From Scenedesmus sp. PABB004 (Eukaryota), in NCBI GenBank assembly GCA_014905635.1, contig JABVCE010000011.1:806001-870000 (forward strand): a DNA stretch of 64,000 nt, read 5' to 3'. The translations under genes and the position numbers were made by a program. The notes under the pieces are model-generated. The model had not been told where the DNA came from, did not search any database, and worked only from the letters and a program-made list of their open reading frames with translations. This document shows positions 38,979 to 52,298 of this stretch, piece after piece (position 1 is the stretch's first letter; the number at the start of each line of letters is the position of its first letter).

Positions 38979-40046
38979 GCTGCACAGGCCCTCGCGCCTG
39001 CGCGTCAAGCAAGGGGGACGGGTGCAGCAGCCTGGAAAGCGGGGCCCCGCTGAGCGCAGGCCCCCGCCACACGCCCGCACCGCGCGCGTGTTGTGCCCAG
39101 GCGAGGTCCACCGCGGCCTCCGCGGCGCGGCAGGCGCCGGGGACGCCGGTGCTGCACGGGGGCACGCCTCCTCGCCCGGCTGCTGCCGCCCCGCCGCCCC
39201 GCTGCCGCCCGCCCGCGCCCTGCGGCGCGCGACACGGCACTTGTCGCCCCCGCACCGCGAACGCTGCGCCCGATCGGCGCACCTGCCTGGCCCCGCTGGC
39301 GAGCAAGCTCCCGAGCAGCACCCCCCGCCTGCGGCCGCCCGCACGCCCTGACGAGGAGGAGGAGCTCGAAGCCTCCTGGAGCGGCACTGGGCCACCGGCA
39401 CCGGGGCGCCGCGAGCAGCACGCGCTGGAGAGAGTGCTGCCGCGGGGGGGGCACGCGAAGCGAGCTCTGCTCGTGGTGGAGTGTGGTGAACGGGCGATGT
39501 GTGGGCACGCCGGGTGGCCTGGCGGTGGTGCGCCGGCGGTGCGGCGGCGGTCCGAAACCGCCGCTGGGCCCTGGCCGCGGGGCAGCGCCGACGCCGGCGC
39601 GCGCAACCAGGGCTACCGAGGATCGGCGGGCGCGTTACCCCCGGCGCCAATGGGCGCGCGCTGCGTTGCGGCGCGGCACGCGCGCGGGGGCCCAGCCCGG
39701 GGCGCCGCCGCCGCGCGCGCCGGCGGAAATCAAATGCGCCCAACCAGGCCGATGCGCGCGTATGCGTTGCAGCAGCAGTGCACCAGACCACATAACACAG
39801 AGAGAGAGAGAGCAGCCGCTCGCCGGCCGGGCGCGGCGGCAGGCGCGCGCCGCGCCCCGGCCCCGCCCCCGCTCCTCACGGCTCGCCGGCAGCGGCGGCA
39901 TAGCGTTGCGTTTCTGCGGCGGCACGCAGGGGGCAGCGCGGGCGCCGCCGTGAGCGGCGGCGGGCCGCTGGCCGCCCGGGCACGCAGCCGCGCGCGCGAC
40001 GCACATCGTCAGCCGCCGCCGCTCGCCACGCACAGCGCCTGGCTGG

Positions 40047-43000
40047 TCAGCCGGCCACGCTCGGCAGCTGCAGGCGCTGCCGCTGGCGCTGCCGCTCGGC
40101 CGCCGCGCCCGCACCTGCCACGGGCGCCAGCTCGAGCTCGTCGCCCGCGGCGACCTTGGCGCCCTGCCGGCTGCGCCGCGCGACGCCGGTGCCCGGGGCG
40201 TCGCCCGCGGCGTCGCTGCCGCGCTGCTGCTGCAGCGAGGCCAGGTTGTCGGCGTCGGCGCCGAAGAGCTGCCGCCCCGCGTTGACGTTGCGCTGCGTGG
40301 CGCGGCGCTGCACGCGCTCGCGCACCTCCCACTCCTGGTGCGCGCGGGCGGGGGGGGGCGAGGGGGGCGCGAGAGGGGGGGGGGGGCTGAGCGCGCGCGC
40401 GACGCGGCGCCGCCGGGCGCGGCGCGTGCGCGCGTGCGCGCGCATGCGCAGCGCGCGCCTGCAGCAGCGCGACCAGGTCTGGCGACAGCCAGCGCTTGAA
40501 CAGCAGCACCGCCAGGTCCGGCAGCAGCGCCATCGCGGGCGCGCACAGCAGCGCGCTCAGCCAAAACACGGGGCTGCGGGGGCGCGCGCGCGCGCGGCGG
40601 TGCAGGCTCGGGCGGCGCGCGCGCGGCGCTGCGAGCGGGCGTCGCGGCGCGCCGCGGCGCGGGCGCGCACTTTGAGAAGAGCCACTGCCCGACGCCGCTC
40701 ATGTCGCTGACGCCGCTGATGGGCGTGGCCGGCCAGAGGATGGAGATGACCCATATGAATGGGAAGAGCACGGCGAGGCTGAGCCAGTAGACGAGGTGCG
40801 TGATCCACGTCCACGCGTGCGTGCGCAGGCAGAGCTTGAACGCGACCGTCGCGGTCAGCGCGACAAACACGGCCGTGCCCGCGCACGCGAGGTCGGACGA
40901 CAGGCCGTGGCGGTCGGGCGTCGCGAGCGCGTACCAGGGCAGGAAGAAGACGGGCAGGCTGTGCCACGTGCCCGCGAGCATGTACACCGCAAACCGCCTG
41001 CGGCAGCACACACGCGCCCGTCGGCAGGGGCGCGCAGGAGGCAGGCGCAGGAGGCGGGCGCGGCGGGCGCGGCGGCGGCGCGCGCGCGCGCGCGCACGCA
41101 CCCGAAGAAGCCGCGCCGCGTCGCGGTGCGCGAGACGGCGTAGGTCTCGGGGTTGGCGAGCACGCTGGGCACGGCCATGTCCTGCTCCAGCACCGCGTAC
41201 GCGACGATGGGGCAGGCGGTGAAGATCATGTTGAACGTGGAGATCATCAGCGTCGTGAAGATCGGCACCGCGGAGAAGCCTGCGCCGCGCGGCGCGGCGG
41301 GGGCTCGTCCCGCGGGGGCCGATCGCACTGCCGCAGCGCGCGCGCACGCACAAACACAAAAGCAGGCCACCCGCCGCGCGCAGCGCGCGCAGCGCGCGCA
41401 GCGCGCGCAGCACGCGGGGTTTGTGGCCGCGCTTTTGCTGCACGCACCGGCCAGGAACTGGAGGTAGACGTAGACGAGGACGTAGGCCCAGTTCTTGTAA
41501 AAGGAGTAGAGCACGACCTCGCGGTTGCGCAGGTAGCTCCACCGCCCGTGCAGCAGCAGCAGGCGCGACAGGTACCTTGTGTGTGGGGTGTGTGTGTGTG
41601 TGTGTGGAGGGGGGGGGGGGGGGAAGTGCCGGCGTCGTGCGCACACGAGCGCGGGCCGGGCGCGGGCCGGGCACGGCGGCGCGGCGAGGGGCGGCCGCGC
41701 ACCTGAACTGCGCGAACGAAAAGTCCGACGACAGCACCGCGGCGCGGCCCTCGCGCCCGCTGATGCCCACGCCTGCGCGCGGCGCACGCGCGCGCACGGC
41801 GGGTCGGGCGCCGCGCCGCGCCGCGCTCGGGCCCGCCCGCGGCGGCGCGGACGCGGCGGCGCCGGCGCACGCGTGTGGGGGCTCACCGATGTGCGCGGCG
41901 CGGATCATGCCCACGTCGTTGGCGCCGTCGCCGATGCCCAGCGTGATGGCGCCGGCCTTGCGCTTGACCATGGTCGTGATCTGAGTCAGCCGGCAGCAGC
42001 GCCGCGGTGAGCGAACAGCCGGGCCCCCGCGCGCGGGGGCTGGACGCCGGGCGACGGCCCCGGGCTGCGCCGCGCAGGGCGGCGCCGCGCACGGCGGCGC
42101 ACACACGCGCGCACACACACCTCCGCCTTCTGCATCGGCGACACGCGGCAGCACACCACCGCGCGGCACTCGCGACACAGCGCCATGAGGCCGTCCTGCA
42201 GGTCGGGCTCGAGCGCGACGTGCAGCGCGCCACCCTCAATGACGATGCCGACTGCGGTGTGCCCCGGCGCGACGTGCAGGCCCTCGTTGGCGGCCCGCAC
42301 CTCCGCCAGCTTGGCCGCCAGCACCTGCGCGCGGCACGGCGCGGCGCGGTGAGCGAGTGCAGCGCCACGACGGGGCCGCCGACCACGCACCGCCCCCTGC
42401 GCGCCGCCGCCGCACCGCCTGGCGCGCCTCCACGCCCTTGGCGTCGCCAAAGTCGGCCTCCCGGAACTCCACGAGCGCCATGTCGTCGGTGAAGAGGCGG
42501 CAGCTGTAGGCGATGGAGATGGCGGTCTCCACCTTGTCCCCGGTCAGCACCCAGACCTTGATGCCCGCCGCGGCCAGCGCCTGCAGGCACTCCGGCACGC
42601 CGTCCTGCCCCGGCGCGCGTGCGGGGCACACGCGCGAGTGAGCGCGCGCGCGGCTGCGGCGCCGGCGGAGCCGCCGGTGCGCACGCGTGCGCGGCGCGGC
42701 CTCCACCCACCTGCAGCTTGTCCTCCACCGCGGTCGCGCCCACGAGGTGCAGGCCGTGCTCGATGCGCTCCTGCTCCGCCGCCATGCGCGCCTCGCGGTC
42801 GACCATGGCCACCTGGGCGGCGCGCGCGCGGGCAGGTGCGGCGCGGACGGCGGTGGGCCGGCGCGCGCGCCGGGGCCGGCGTGCCACGCCGCGCCGCGCC
42901 GCGCCGCGCGCACCTGCGCGGCGGAGTACGCCGCCTCCCAGGCCTCGTACTCGGCGCGGCTGAGCTCGCGCTGCCCGACCAGCAGCGTGCGGTAGCCGGC

Positions 43001-46000
43001 GCACGCCATCTCGTCCTGCGGCGAGCGTCGGCGCCGAGGCGTCGCCCGGCGGCAGCCTCGCGCCCGGCGGCGGCCCCGAGCCGCAGCGCGGCGGCGCGCG
43101 CGCCCTCCCCGCCACGGGCGGCGCACCAGGTGCTCCTTCACCGCCTCCACGCCGGGCTCGCCGGGCGCGAGGCGCGCGAGGATCATGGAGTCGGCGCCCT
43201 TGCACATCAGCAGCAGGCGGTCGTCGGGCGTGCGCACGATGATCGACATGCGCTTGCGGTCCGAGTTGAACTCCAGCGTCGCGAGCACGTCAAACGTGTG
43301 CACCGCGCCGTCGATGCACACCGTCACCGCCTCGGTCGTGCGCGCGGTGAGCACGTGCCGCAGGTACGCCGCGCCCTGCACCAGCGCCTCCTCGTCGGGC
43401 GACGACGCCTGGCTCGGCGGCGCGTCGCGGCGCGGCGGCGGTGCGCGGCGGCGGCGGAGCGCGTCGGCTGGCAGGCGGGCGGGCGCCGGGCGGGCGGGGC
43501 CGGGCGCTGCAGCACCCCGCCGCTCTGCCGCCGCCGCCGCGCTGCGCCGCGCGCCTGGTAGAGCAGCGAGCCGTCGTCGTTGACGGCCGGCACGACCGTG
43601 TTGCAGACGGCGAGATTGAGCAGGAAGTCGGCGACCCCGGGGTCCATCAGCCGCCCGCCGCCCGCCGCGCCCTTGCCCGCCTCGGCCTGCGCGTCGGCGG
43701 CCGCGCGGCGCGCGGTCAGCGAGCCGCGCGCACTCGCGCGGCGCGGCCCCGCCCCCCCCTGGCGCGGCGCGCGGCGCGCGGCGCGCGCCTTGGCGCCGGT
43801 GGCCATGCCCAGGGCCTTGTGCAGGTCCTTGTCAAACGCGATCGTGTGCGGCGTGGCGAGCTCCGCCTCGCCCGCGTCGGGCGGCGCGCCGAGCAGCTCG
43901 CGCCGCGTGTCGGCGCTGGACGTGAGGTTGCGGCCGTAGAGCCGGCCGCTCACGCTGGCCCAGACAAAGCCCATCACATTCTGCGTGAGCGTGCCGGTCT
44001 TGTCGCTCAGCACGTACTGCACCTGCGCGGCGGCAGGGACGGCGCAGGGCGTGCGCGCGTGGGCGCGTGAGCGCGTGAGCGCGCGCGTGCACGCGCGCGC
44101 GCAGGTGTGCGCGGCGCAGAGAGGCGCCGCCCGGCCGCCGCGGGCCTGCGCGGCGGCGGCAGGGCGCGCGCGCGCGCGCCTGGCCGAGCTCCTCGTTGAG
44201 CGTCGTCGTGCGCGCGACGAAGGGCGTGTCGGTCTCGGCGTGGTACATCGCGCGGTCGGGGTTGAGCAGCAGCGCGCACTGGAAGACCTTGACGACCTCG
44301 AGGCTCACGTAGAGGCTGATGGGGATCATGTTGCTCAGCAGGATGAGGAAGCGCAGGAACTGACAGGGGGGCGTTATCAAGGGTTGAGCCACGGCGCGGT
44401 GGTGGTGGTGCGGGGGCGCAGGACAGGGGCGGCAGGCGGCGGGCGGCCGGCGGGGGCGCGTGGGCGGCAGAGGCAGCGGCCGAGGCGTGGCGCAGCCCGG
44501 GCGCCGAGGCCGCGGCGCGGCGCTCCCGCGGGGCCGAGCGCGCCGGCGGCGGCGCACCGTGATGAAGAACGAGGCCACGCCCGGCGGCAGCTCGGGGTAG
44601 CGGTACGTGCTGCGCAGGTACCAGAGCCGGCGCGGCGCGTTGGTCGACGCCCACCACTGGTCCGCGCCGGCGAGCGCCGCGCTGAAGGCGATGAGCGTGG
44701 AGAACATCACAAACACCAGCACGTTCATGGAGCGCTCGAGCTGCGTCACCTGCGGCCGCGCGGCGCGCGGCGCAGGCGCGTCAGCACGCGCGCGCCGACG
44801 CTGCGCGCGGCTTGGCGGCGGGCGCGCGGACCCCGCCGCCCGCAGCGAGCCGCGCCGCGCCGCGCCGCGCCTTGCGCGGCGCCTTGGTCATGTTTTGCAC
44901 GATCTTGCTGTCGCGGCCGACGTTGAGCGCGACGCCGATGGCCCACTCCGTCTTGCGCAGCACGCTGCCGCGCAGGAGCAGGTTGTTTATGTCCAGCGGC
45001 TGCTTGCTGCCGCCGGTCTCGACGTAGCCGTCAAACGCATACAGCCTGCGGCGCGGCGGCGGCGCCGGCGGCGGCTGCGTGGGTGCGCGCCCGCGGCGCC
45101 CGGGGCTGCCCGTGACGCCGCCCCCGCCGCCGCCGTGGCGGCCGCCGCGGGGCGGACAGCGCTGCGGGTCCCACACCGCGGGTTGGGCGCCTCGTAGCCA
45201 AAGACGCAGTGCTCGGCGAGGCCGCGGAACTGCTCGACCGTGGTGGCCTTGGCGAAGCCGCCCCAGGCGTACTTGATCTTCAGGTTGGTCTCGCCGTCCA
45301 GGTTGGCCGTCTCCACGTAGCACAGGTCGTCGGGGTCGGGGCTGGACAGCAGGAGCAGGTCCGCCGGCACTTCCTCGTCGACGCGGACCTGCGCGGCGCG
45401 TGCACGCCTGAGCCGAAGAGCGCAGCCGCAGAGCCCCCCGCCTCGGCCGCCGCGCTCGCCCCGCGGTCCCGCGCGGCGGGAGGCAGCGCGCCTTGATGAG
45501 GTCCCCCGCGACCACGTCCTTCCACGCGACCTCCGCCTCGCCCGACGCCGCGCTGAGCAGGAGCACGGTGCGGTTGTTGACGCCGCTGTCGTTGCGGTGG
45601 CGGTGCACGTCGTCGTAGCCCTCCTTGATCGCGTTGACCGCGAGCACAAAGACCAGCGGCGCGACGGTCGTGAACCAGGAGGTGGGGCTGAGCCCGGGGA
45701 TGAGCTGCAGGATGGCCATGAGCAGGAAGTAGAGGTTGGCGACGCGCAGGAACTGCTCAAACAGGTTGACCGGCAGGAACGTGAGCAGCGTGTACTTGGC
45801 GGTCGAGACCTCGTTCGTCGCGACGTCGCCGACGAGGTGCACGCCAAAGGCCTTGGCTAGGTGGTGCAGTGGGCCGCGCGCGACCGCGGGCCGCGCGAGG
45901 TGCGCGCGCAGCGTGCGCGCCGGCGGCGCGTCGCCCGCCGCGAGCGGCGGCGGCGCTGGCGGCGCCGGCGACGCCGCGCCGCGCACGCTGCCGTTGGCCG

Positions 46001-46091
46001 CGGCGCCGCCGTCGCTAGAGGCTCCCTGCTTCTCGCTGCCGGCGCGCTGCGCCACGGCGCACGGCGCTCCAGCTCCTGCCGCGCCCGCCAT
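40047..46091 (-). CDS. P4-type ATPase (ALA-type phospholipid flippase), about 19 exons
   Basis: [125 protein letters not shown] possible extra 5' exon lies near 46240-46304. Confidence 0.95.
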
Positions 46092-46792
46092 GGCTCGCCG
46101 CTGCGCCTGCGTGCGGTGGTGCGGCGGCGGCGGCATCAGCGCCCGCACGCCGCCGGGCCGGGGGGGGGGCGGCCGGCCACAGGGGCGCGCCGCGGCCCGG
46201 CGCGGGCGCGGCGCGGCGCCGCCGCTGCTCTCGCCCGGTGCGCGGCAGCACAGGGGGTACGTGGCGGCGCTGGCGGTCGAGATTGCTGGATCCAGCTCAG
46301 CCATGAGCGTGTGGGCGCGGCCGCGAGTCCGGGCGCGCGCGATCTGGGGCGCCCGGCGCTGCTGACTGCCCGCGCATCGGGCGCGCCCCGCATCCTCCGC
46401 GCACCTGCGGCCGCGCGGCGCTGCCGGCCTCAGCTCAGCACCGAGCAGCTTCCAGCACGCACGGAAGCGCCGGGCGGGGCATCCTGCGGCGGGCTCGTCC
46501 CCTGGCGAGCAGCGCGGCGAGCGCTGCTTGCGGCGGAGCTGCCGGCCAGCGGCGGCGAGCGGGGAGGGACGGGGTAACGCGCAGGAGCGGCGCTGCTTTG
46601 CGCTCGCCTGAGCTGACGCGGCGGCGCCGCCGCGCGGGTTGGCGCGCGGCGGGGCTCGGGGCGTGGCGCAGACGCGGGTCGCGGCGCGGCCGGTGCCTGC
46701 CTGTTTCCGCATTCCCCTTGTTCGCCTTTGATGGTACACCGCCCCAGCGCCCGCCGGGCAACCGGAATTGGCCCCACGAGGTCCGCCGCGCG

Positions 46793-48010
46793 TCACGCGG
46801 CGCGCAGCGCCGCGAGCGCCCTGAACTCGCGCCTCATCGCGCGCACAAAGCCCGCAAAGTCGCGGCGGCTGCCCAGCAGCTCCGCCTCCAGCGCGGCGCG
46901 GCGGGGCACCTCCGGCTCGCAGCGCGTCACTGCGCGCGGACGGCGGGCGGGCGGGCGGCGTGGGAGGCGTGCGGGGCCCCGGCGCGCGGCGCGACGCGTG
47001 AGCTCGGCGCTCGGCGGCGCACCCTTGTACACGTCCTGGCCCTCGACCTGCACCGCAAAGCCGTAGCTGCGCCCCGGCTGCTGCGGGTCGATGTGGCTGA
47101 ACTGCAGGAACAGCTCGCCTGCGCGCGGCGCGCCCGGGGCGACGAGCGCGGTCGGTGTGGCGCGGCGGCGGGGCGGGCGCGGCGCATCCCGCCTCGCGCG
47201 CGCGCGGCCGGCGCGGCCGTGCTCTCACCGTCCTGGCTGAGCAGCTTCAGCCCCAGGCAGCGCTCGTACGCGTCGTGCAGCTGCTCCATCTTGCTCACGC
47301 GCTTCTCGTACTCGGCGCGCGTGTGCGCGACGTCTGCGCGGCAGCGGCGGCCGCAGCGCGTCGGGCGGCGCCGGCGGAGCCACGCCGCGGGGCGCTGGCG
47401 CTGCGCCGCGCCGCGCGCCCGCACCGTCGGTGAGGTCGCGCACGGCCTCCGCGTCGCCCTCCACCGCCGCCTGCACGGCCGCGAGCCGCCGCTGCAGCGC
47501 GTGCTGCTCCGCCACGAGCGCGTCGGCGCGCTCCTGCAGCGTCGCCTCGTGCTCGCTGTCCTGCGACATCTCTGCGGTGCGGCGGCGGCGGTGGCGGCGC
47601 GCGGAGCCCGGGTCGGCGGCGCGTGCGCCGCCACAAGCGCCGCCACACCGCCGTCGGCGCGGCGCGCGCCGCCACAAGCGCCGCCACATCGCCGACCCGC
47701 CACTCACGCTGCCGCACTTGCGCCGCCTGCTTCTCGGCGCGCTTGTAGCGCTCCGTCAGCGCCGCCATCTCGCCTGCGGGACCGTGCGGGGCCCGCCGTG
47801 AGCGCTGGTTGCGCCCGGGAGCGGGGGGCGGCGCGCGTGGGGCAGCGCCCGCGCAGCGGCCGGCGCACCCTTGCCCGCGCGCAGCTTGGCGACGTGCGAG
47901 GCCTTGCTGTGCTGCGCGCTGGACAGCAGGCCGGCGCTCCAGGCCTCAAACATGCTCCGCGTGCGGCTGAGCTCCGCGTCCAGCTCGTGCAGGTTGATGG
48001 TGGTTGCCAT
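46793..48010 (-). CDS. SPC25: Kinetochore protein SPC25 (Ndc80 complex)
   Basis: An N-terminal coiled coil is followed by YERCLGLKL...GELFLQFSHIDPQQPGRSYGFAV...YK|VTRCEPEV...DFAGFVRAMRREF, which fits the Spc25 RWD-like C-terminus. Confidence 0.85.
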
Positions 48011-48523
48011 GGCGCCTGCTGTGGCGCCCTGGGCTACCGCTGGCGCGCAGCGCGCGGGAACGGTGTCAGGGGGACGCCAGCGAGGCGAGGGAGCGACCAG
48101 GACGACCGGGCGGGCCGCGTGCGCGCCGGTGGGCGGCCTGGCGAGCGACAACACGCAGGCGGGCGCGGGCGGCGACAGCTGCGGCTGTTTCGGTGACAAC
48201 CAGGGGCGACGAATGCGGGCCAGGACCCGGCGCAGGCCGCGGCGCGCCGGCGCTCAAATTCTAACAACGACGCCGCCACGTCGTCGCGTCGCGTCGCGCG
48301 ACCATTGCCTGCTCGCCCGCGCCGCTCCGACCACTCGCCGAGCTCGGCGCTGCTCCAGCGTCGCCCCACCGCCCCCTGCCGCCGCCGCCGCCGCTGCCGC
48401 CGCCGCCGCCGACGGCGGCAGCCGCCGCTGCCGAGCCCGCGGCTCGGCGGGCACAGCCCGGCCGCCGCTGTGCGCGCGGCACCCTCTCTCGCCCACCCCC
48501 GACCTCGTGCCGCCCTGCCGGCG

Positions 48524-49435
48524 ATGGCCGCACCGAGCAGCACGCCGCGCTGGCAGCAGCGCAGCCGGCCGGGCTGCAGCCTGGCGGCGGGCGCCGCGCG
48601 CCCGCGCCGCGCCGTGGCGGCGGCGGCGCGTGGCGGCGGGAGCAGCATCGAGGTCAACCTGCAACGCCTCGCCAGCGACGCGGGCTGGCTGCCGCCGCGC
48701 GCGTGCGGGCCGGTCGAGATTCGGCAGCTCCCCGGCCGCGGGCGCGGCCTCGTCGCCACGGCCGACGTCGCGCCAGGGCAGCTGCTCTTCGTGTCAGAGC
48801 CGCTCGGCGCCGTGCGCCGCGGCGCGCTCGGCGAGCAGCTGCGGCCAACCGACCTGCTCGCGCACTGGCGCGAGCAGGCTGCGCCGCTGTCGGCGGCCGA
48901 CCGGGCGAAGCTGTCGCTGCTGCACCGCCCGGGCGGCCCGCCGCCGCCGGCGGCGACGCTGCGCGACCTTTCGGCGGCCAAGGCCGCCGCCAAGGCCAGG
49001 AAGGCCGGCGCGCGCGGCTTCGGCGCCGCGGCGGTGGCGGGCCCCACGGCGCCCGACGACGACGCGCTGGCCGCAGTCGTGGCGACCAACGCGTACGCCG
49101 ACGACCGCACCGACGGAGCGCTCACCGTGTGCCGCGGCGAGGCGCAGGCCAGCACGGTCGGCGTGTGGCCAGAGTATTCGCTGGTCAACCACGGCTGCGC
49201 ACCAAACACGGCGGCGCCGGTCCTGGTCGGCGACCGCCTGCTGCTGCGCGCGGCGGTGGCCGTGCCGGCAGGATCCGAACTGGTGACTAGCTACCTCGGC
49301 CCGGCGGGCGGGCTGCCGCGCGCCGCGCGCCAGGCACTGCTGCGGGCCGGCTACGGCTTTGACTGCAGCTGCACGCGCTGCAGGGTGCGGCGCCGGCGCG
49401 CGGGCGCGCCTGCCCACGCGTGCGCCAGCGCCCGA

Positions 49436-49530
<95 letters not shown>

Positions 49531-50345
49531 TGCCCGTGCCGCCGACGCCCGGAACGCGCGCGCCGCAGGCCGAGGCGGCCGCGCCGGCGGAGGTCGCCGC
49601 GACACTGGACGCGATGCACGAGTGGGTCGGGGGCCAGCCCGACCCCGCGGCGCTGCTGGAGCTCATGGCCGACGGCGGAGAGGCGGCGCGGCGCACGGTG
49701 GCCGAGACGGCCGCCGCGGCCGCCGAGCTGCTCGCGCGGCTCGACGCGCAGCTCGAGGAGTCGGTCGCCGAGCCGGTGCTGCGCTGCTGGCTGCGCGCGG
49801 GCGCGTTTGCCACCGCCGCGCTCGCGGCGCGCGCGGGCGAGTACGCGCGCGGCGAGCGCGACCCGGGCGCGGCCAGCCGGCTCGCGGAGCTCGTGCGCGT
49901 CTTTGCGCCGGCGAGCGAGGAGCACCTGCTGCTGCTGTCCGACGGCGCCGTGCGCGCGGCGGAGGCGGCCGCCGCGGGCGGCGCGCCGGCGGCGCCCGAG
50001 GACGGCACCGAGCTGCGCGTGCAGCAGCTCGTGCGGGTGCGGCGGGGGTACCGCGGCGCCGCGGCGCCGCGGCGCCGCGCCGCCGCGCAGGGGCGCACCG
50101 CGCCCCGCCTCCCCGCCCCCGCCCGCGCCGAGCGCGCGCGCCCGCGCCCGCGCGCGCAGGCGCTCGCGCTGCGGTATGGCGAGCCGCGGGAGCTGGAGCT
50201 GTTGACGCGGCTGGCCGGCGCGCTGACCGAGGCGTTCCCCCACCACTGGCTCGGGCTCGTCGACCTGACCGGCCACATGGGGCTCGCACAGCTGCAGGCG
50301 GCAGCGGGCGCGGCGACCGCGACGGGCGGCGGCGGCGACGCGTGA
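48524..50345 (+). CDS. SET-domain (SMYD-like) protein lysine methyltransferase, probably organelle-targeted
   Basis: GRGRGLVATADVAPGQLL, GVWPEYSLVNHGCAPN, ELVTSYL and post-SET YGFDCSCTRC. Arg/Ala/Ser-rich N-terminus. Confidence 0.88.
49436..49530 (+). repeat. (GCCCGC)n hexanucleotide microsatellite in a SET gene intron
   Basis: About 16 tandem copies between the GT donor (~49385) and the AG acceptor (~49568). Confidence 0.9.
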
Positions 50346-50584
50346 GCCGGACGGTGCGGGTCTCTGCCAAGCCCTGCCCGCCAAGCTCGACGCCGCGCCG
50401 CCGCCGCTGGGCCCGCTGTGCTTGCGCGGTCGCTCTCTTGAGGGAACCACGACGGCGGCCGCAGCAGGCCGCCCGCAGGCGCCGCGCGCCGCGACAGCAG
50501 CAGCGCCCGCCGCTGTTTCCGCCTCGCGGGCGCCCCGCCGCCGCCCGACCGCCGCCCGATCCCGGCTGCCATGGGCCGCGCGGC

Positions 50585-51409
50585 ATGAGCGCTGCCAGCC
50601 CGCGGCCGCCGCCGCCGCGCAAGTGCGCGGAGGTGTGCCTCGAGCTGCTCGCGGCGGAGGCGGTCGCGCTCTTCGGCGCCAAGCAGAGCGGCCCCGCCGC
50701 GCCCGCGGCGCTGCAGGCGGTGGGCTTCCGCGTGGGCCGGCAGCTGGCGGAGCGGTGCGGCGCCGCGAGCGGCGCGCAGGCCGCCGCCGCGCTGCTGTGC
50801 CGGCGCGCCGCGCAACGGCTGCGGCCCCCGCCCGCCCCGCCGGCGCGGCAGGTACAGCAGGGACAAGCCGCGCCTCGGCGACACGCTGGAGGTGATCAAG
50901 TTTGTGTGCAAGGATTTTTGGCTCGCGGTGTTCAAGAAGCAGGTCGACAACCTCAAGACCAACCACCGGGTGCGGCGGCCAGCGCCGGCGGCGGGCTGAG
51001 GCGGCCGGCCGCGGCGGCCGCGCCGCACGGCGCGGCCGCCCAACGCGCCCGCGCGGCGCGGGCCCGCCGCCGCCAGGGCATCTACGTGCTGCAGGACAAC
51101 AGCTTCCGCTGGCTGCTGCGCGTCGCGCCCGCGGCGGCGCTGCCCGACGGCGCGCGCGGCGAGTTCCTGGCGGCCGCGGCCCTGCCGTACCTGGAGCTGC
51201 CGTGCGGCATCATCCGCGGCGCGCTGACGCACCTGGGCATCAACTGCACGGTCGAGGCGGACGCGCGCGCGCTGCCCAGCTGTGAGCGAGCGAGAGCCGC
51301 GCGGGCGGACGGCCGCCGGTGCGCCGGGCCGGCGGCGCCGGCCGCCGAGCGCCGCCCCTGCCCCCCCCCCCCTGCCGCAGGCTCCTTCACAATCAAGATC
51401 ACGAGCTGA
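50585..51409 (+). CDS. TRAPPC6: TRAPP complex subunit 6 (Trs33/Bet3 family), 4 exons
   Basis: [60 protein letters not shown]...[13 protein letters not shown]. Confidence 0.94.
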   Translation: MSAASPRPPPPRKCAEVCLELLAAEAVALFGAKQSGPAAPAALQAVGFRVGRQLAERCGAASGAQAAAALLCRRAAQRLRPPPAPPARQVQQGQAAPRRHAGGDQVCVQGFLARGVQEAGRQPQDQPPGAAASAGGGLRRPAAAAAPHGAAAQRARAARARRRQGIYVLQDNSFRWLLRVAPAAALPDGARGEFLAAAALPYLELPCGIIRGALTHLGINCTVEADARALPSCERARAARADGRRCAGPAAPAAERRPCPPPPAAGSFTIKITS

Positions 51410-52298
51410 GCCGGCGGTCGCTGCGGAGACGCGGCACGCTGGGACAGCCGCCAGCTGCGGCGGGGGGACCAGGCGCGTCGGGCCGGGCCCAGACGAGTGG
51501 CGCGTGGTCGACCGCACGGTCGACCGCCGGGCGTGCCAAGCTGCTGCCGCCGCCGCGCCGGCAGTAACGCACTCGCGCGCGCTGCAGCTGCCGACCCAGG
51601 GGCCCCAGGCCCGTCGCAGCGGAGCGGCGCGCAGTGCGGCAGTGCGCGCCGCGCACGGCCGTCCTGCAAAGCTCGGCCGCCGGCCGCCGCTGCGCGCGGC
51701 GCGGCCGGCGCACTCGCCCGCGCGCCGCCGCAGCCGCGTGGCTGTGAGACCGGCCGCTGCGCCGCCCAGGCGCAGGCCCGCCGCGTCGGCTGGCCCTCGC
51801 GTGCCGCGCGCGCGCCCCGCCGCCGGCTCCGCCACGGGCCGACCGCGCCCGCGCCCGCGCGGCCGCCCTGTACCACCTCCACGCCACTCCCGCACACCCC
51901 CGCACAGCGCGGGGCGGCCCGGCGCAGCCCGCCGCGCCGCGCCGGCAAGTACGGCGCCGCTGGGCCCTGAGCCCTGGCGCCGGCGAGCCGTTCAAACGCC
52001 GCCGCCGCCCCGGCCTCCGCCATACGCTTCCAGGGCGCCGCCTGTTCAGTAGCACCTCCACGCCGCAGCGCCCAGCCCCCGGGGCAGCCCCGCCGCCCGC
52101 GGCGCCCGACGCCGCTGCGCAGGTGCGCCGGCCGCCCCCCAGGCCGCGCCGCCGTGCTGCGCGCGTCGCCGCGCCCGCCACGGGCTCTCCACACTCCCGC
52201 TTCCGTACACACGCGCGCCCGCATCCCGCAGACGCCAGAGCACGCGTCCCGAGACCGCGCGCCGCGCCGGCCATCCCGCCGCCGCCACGCCCCCAGGC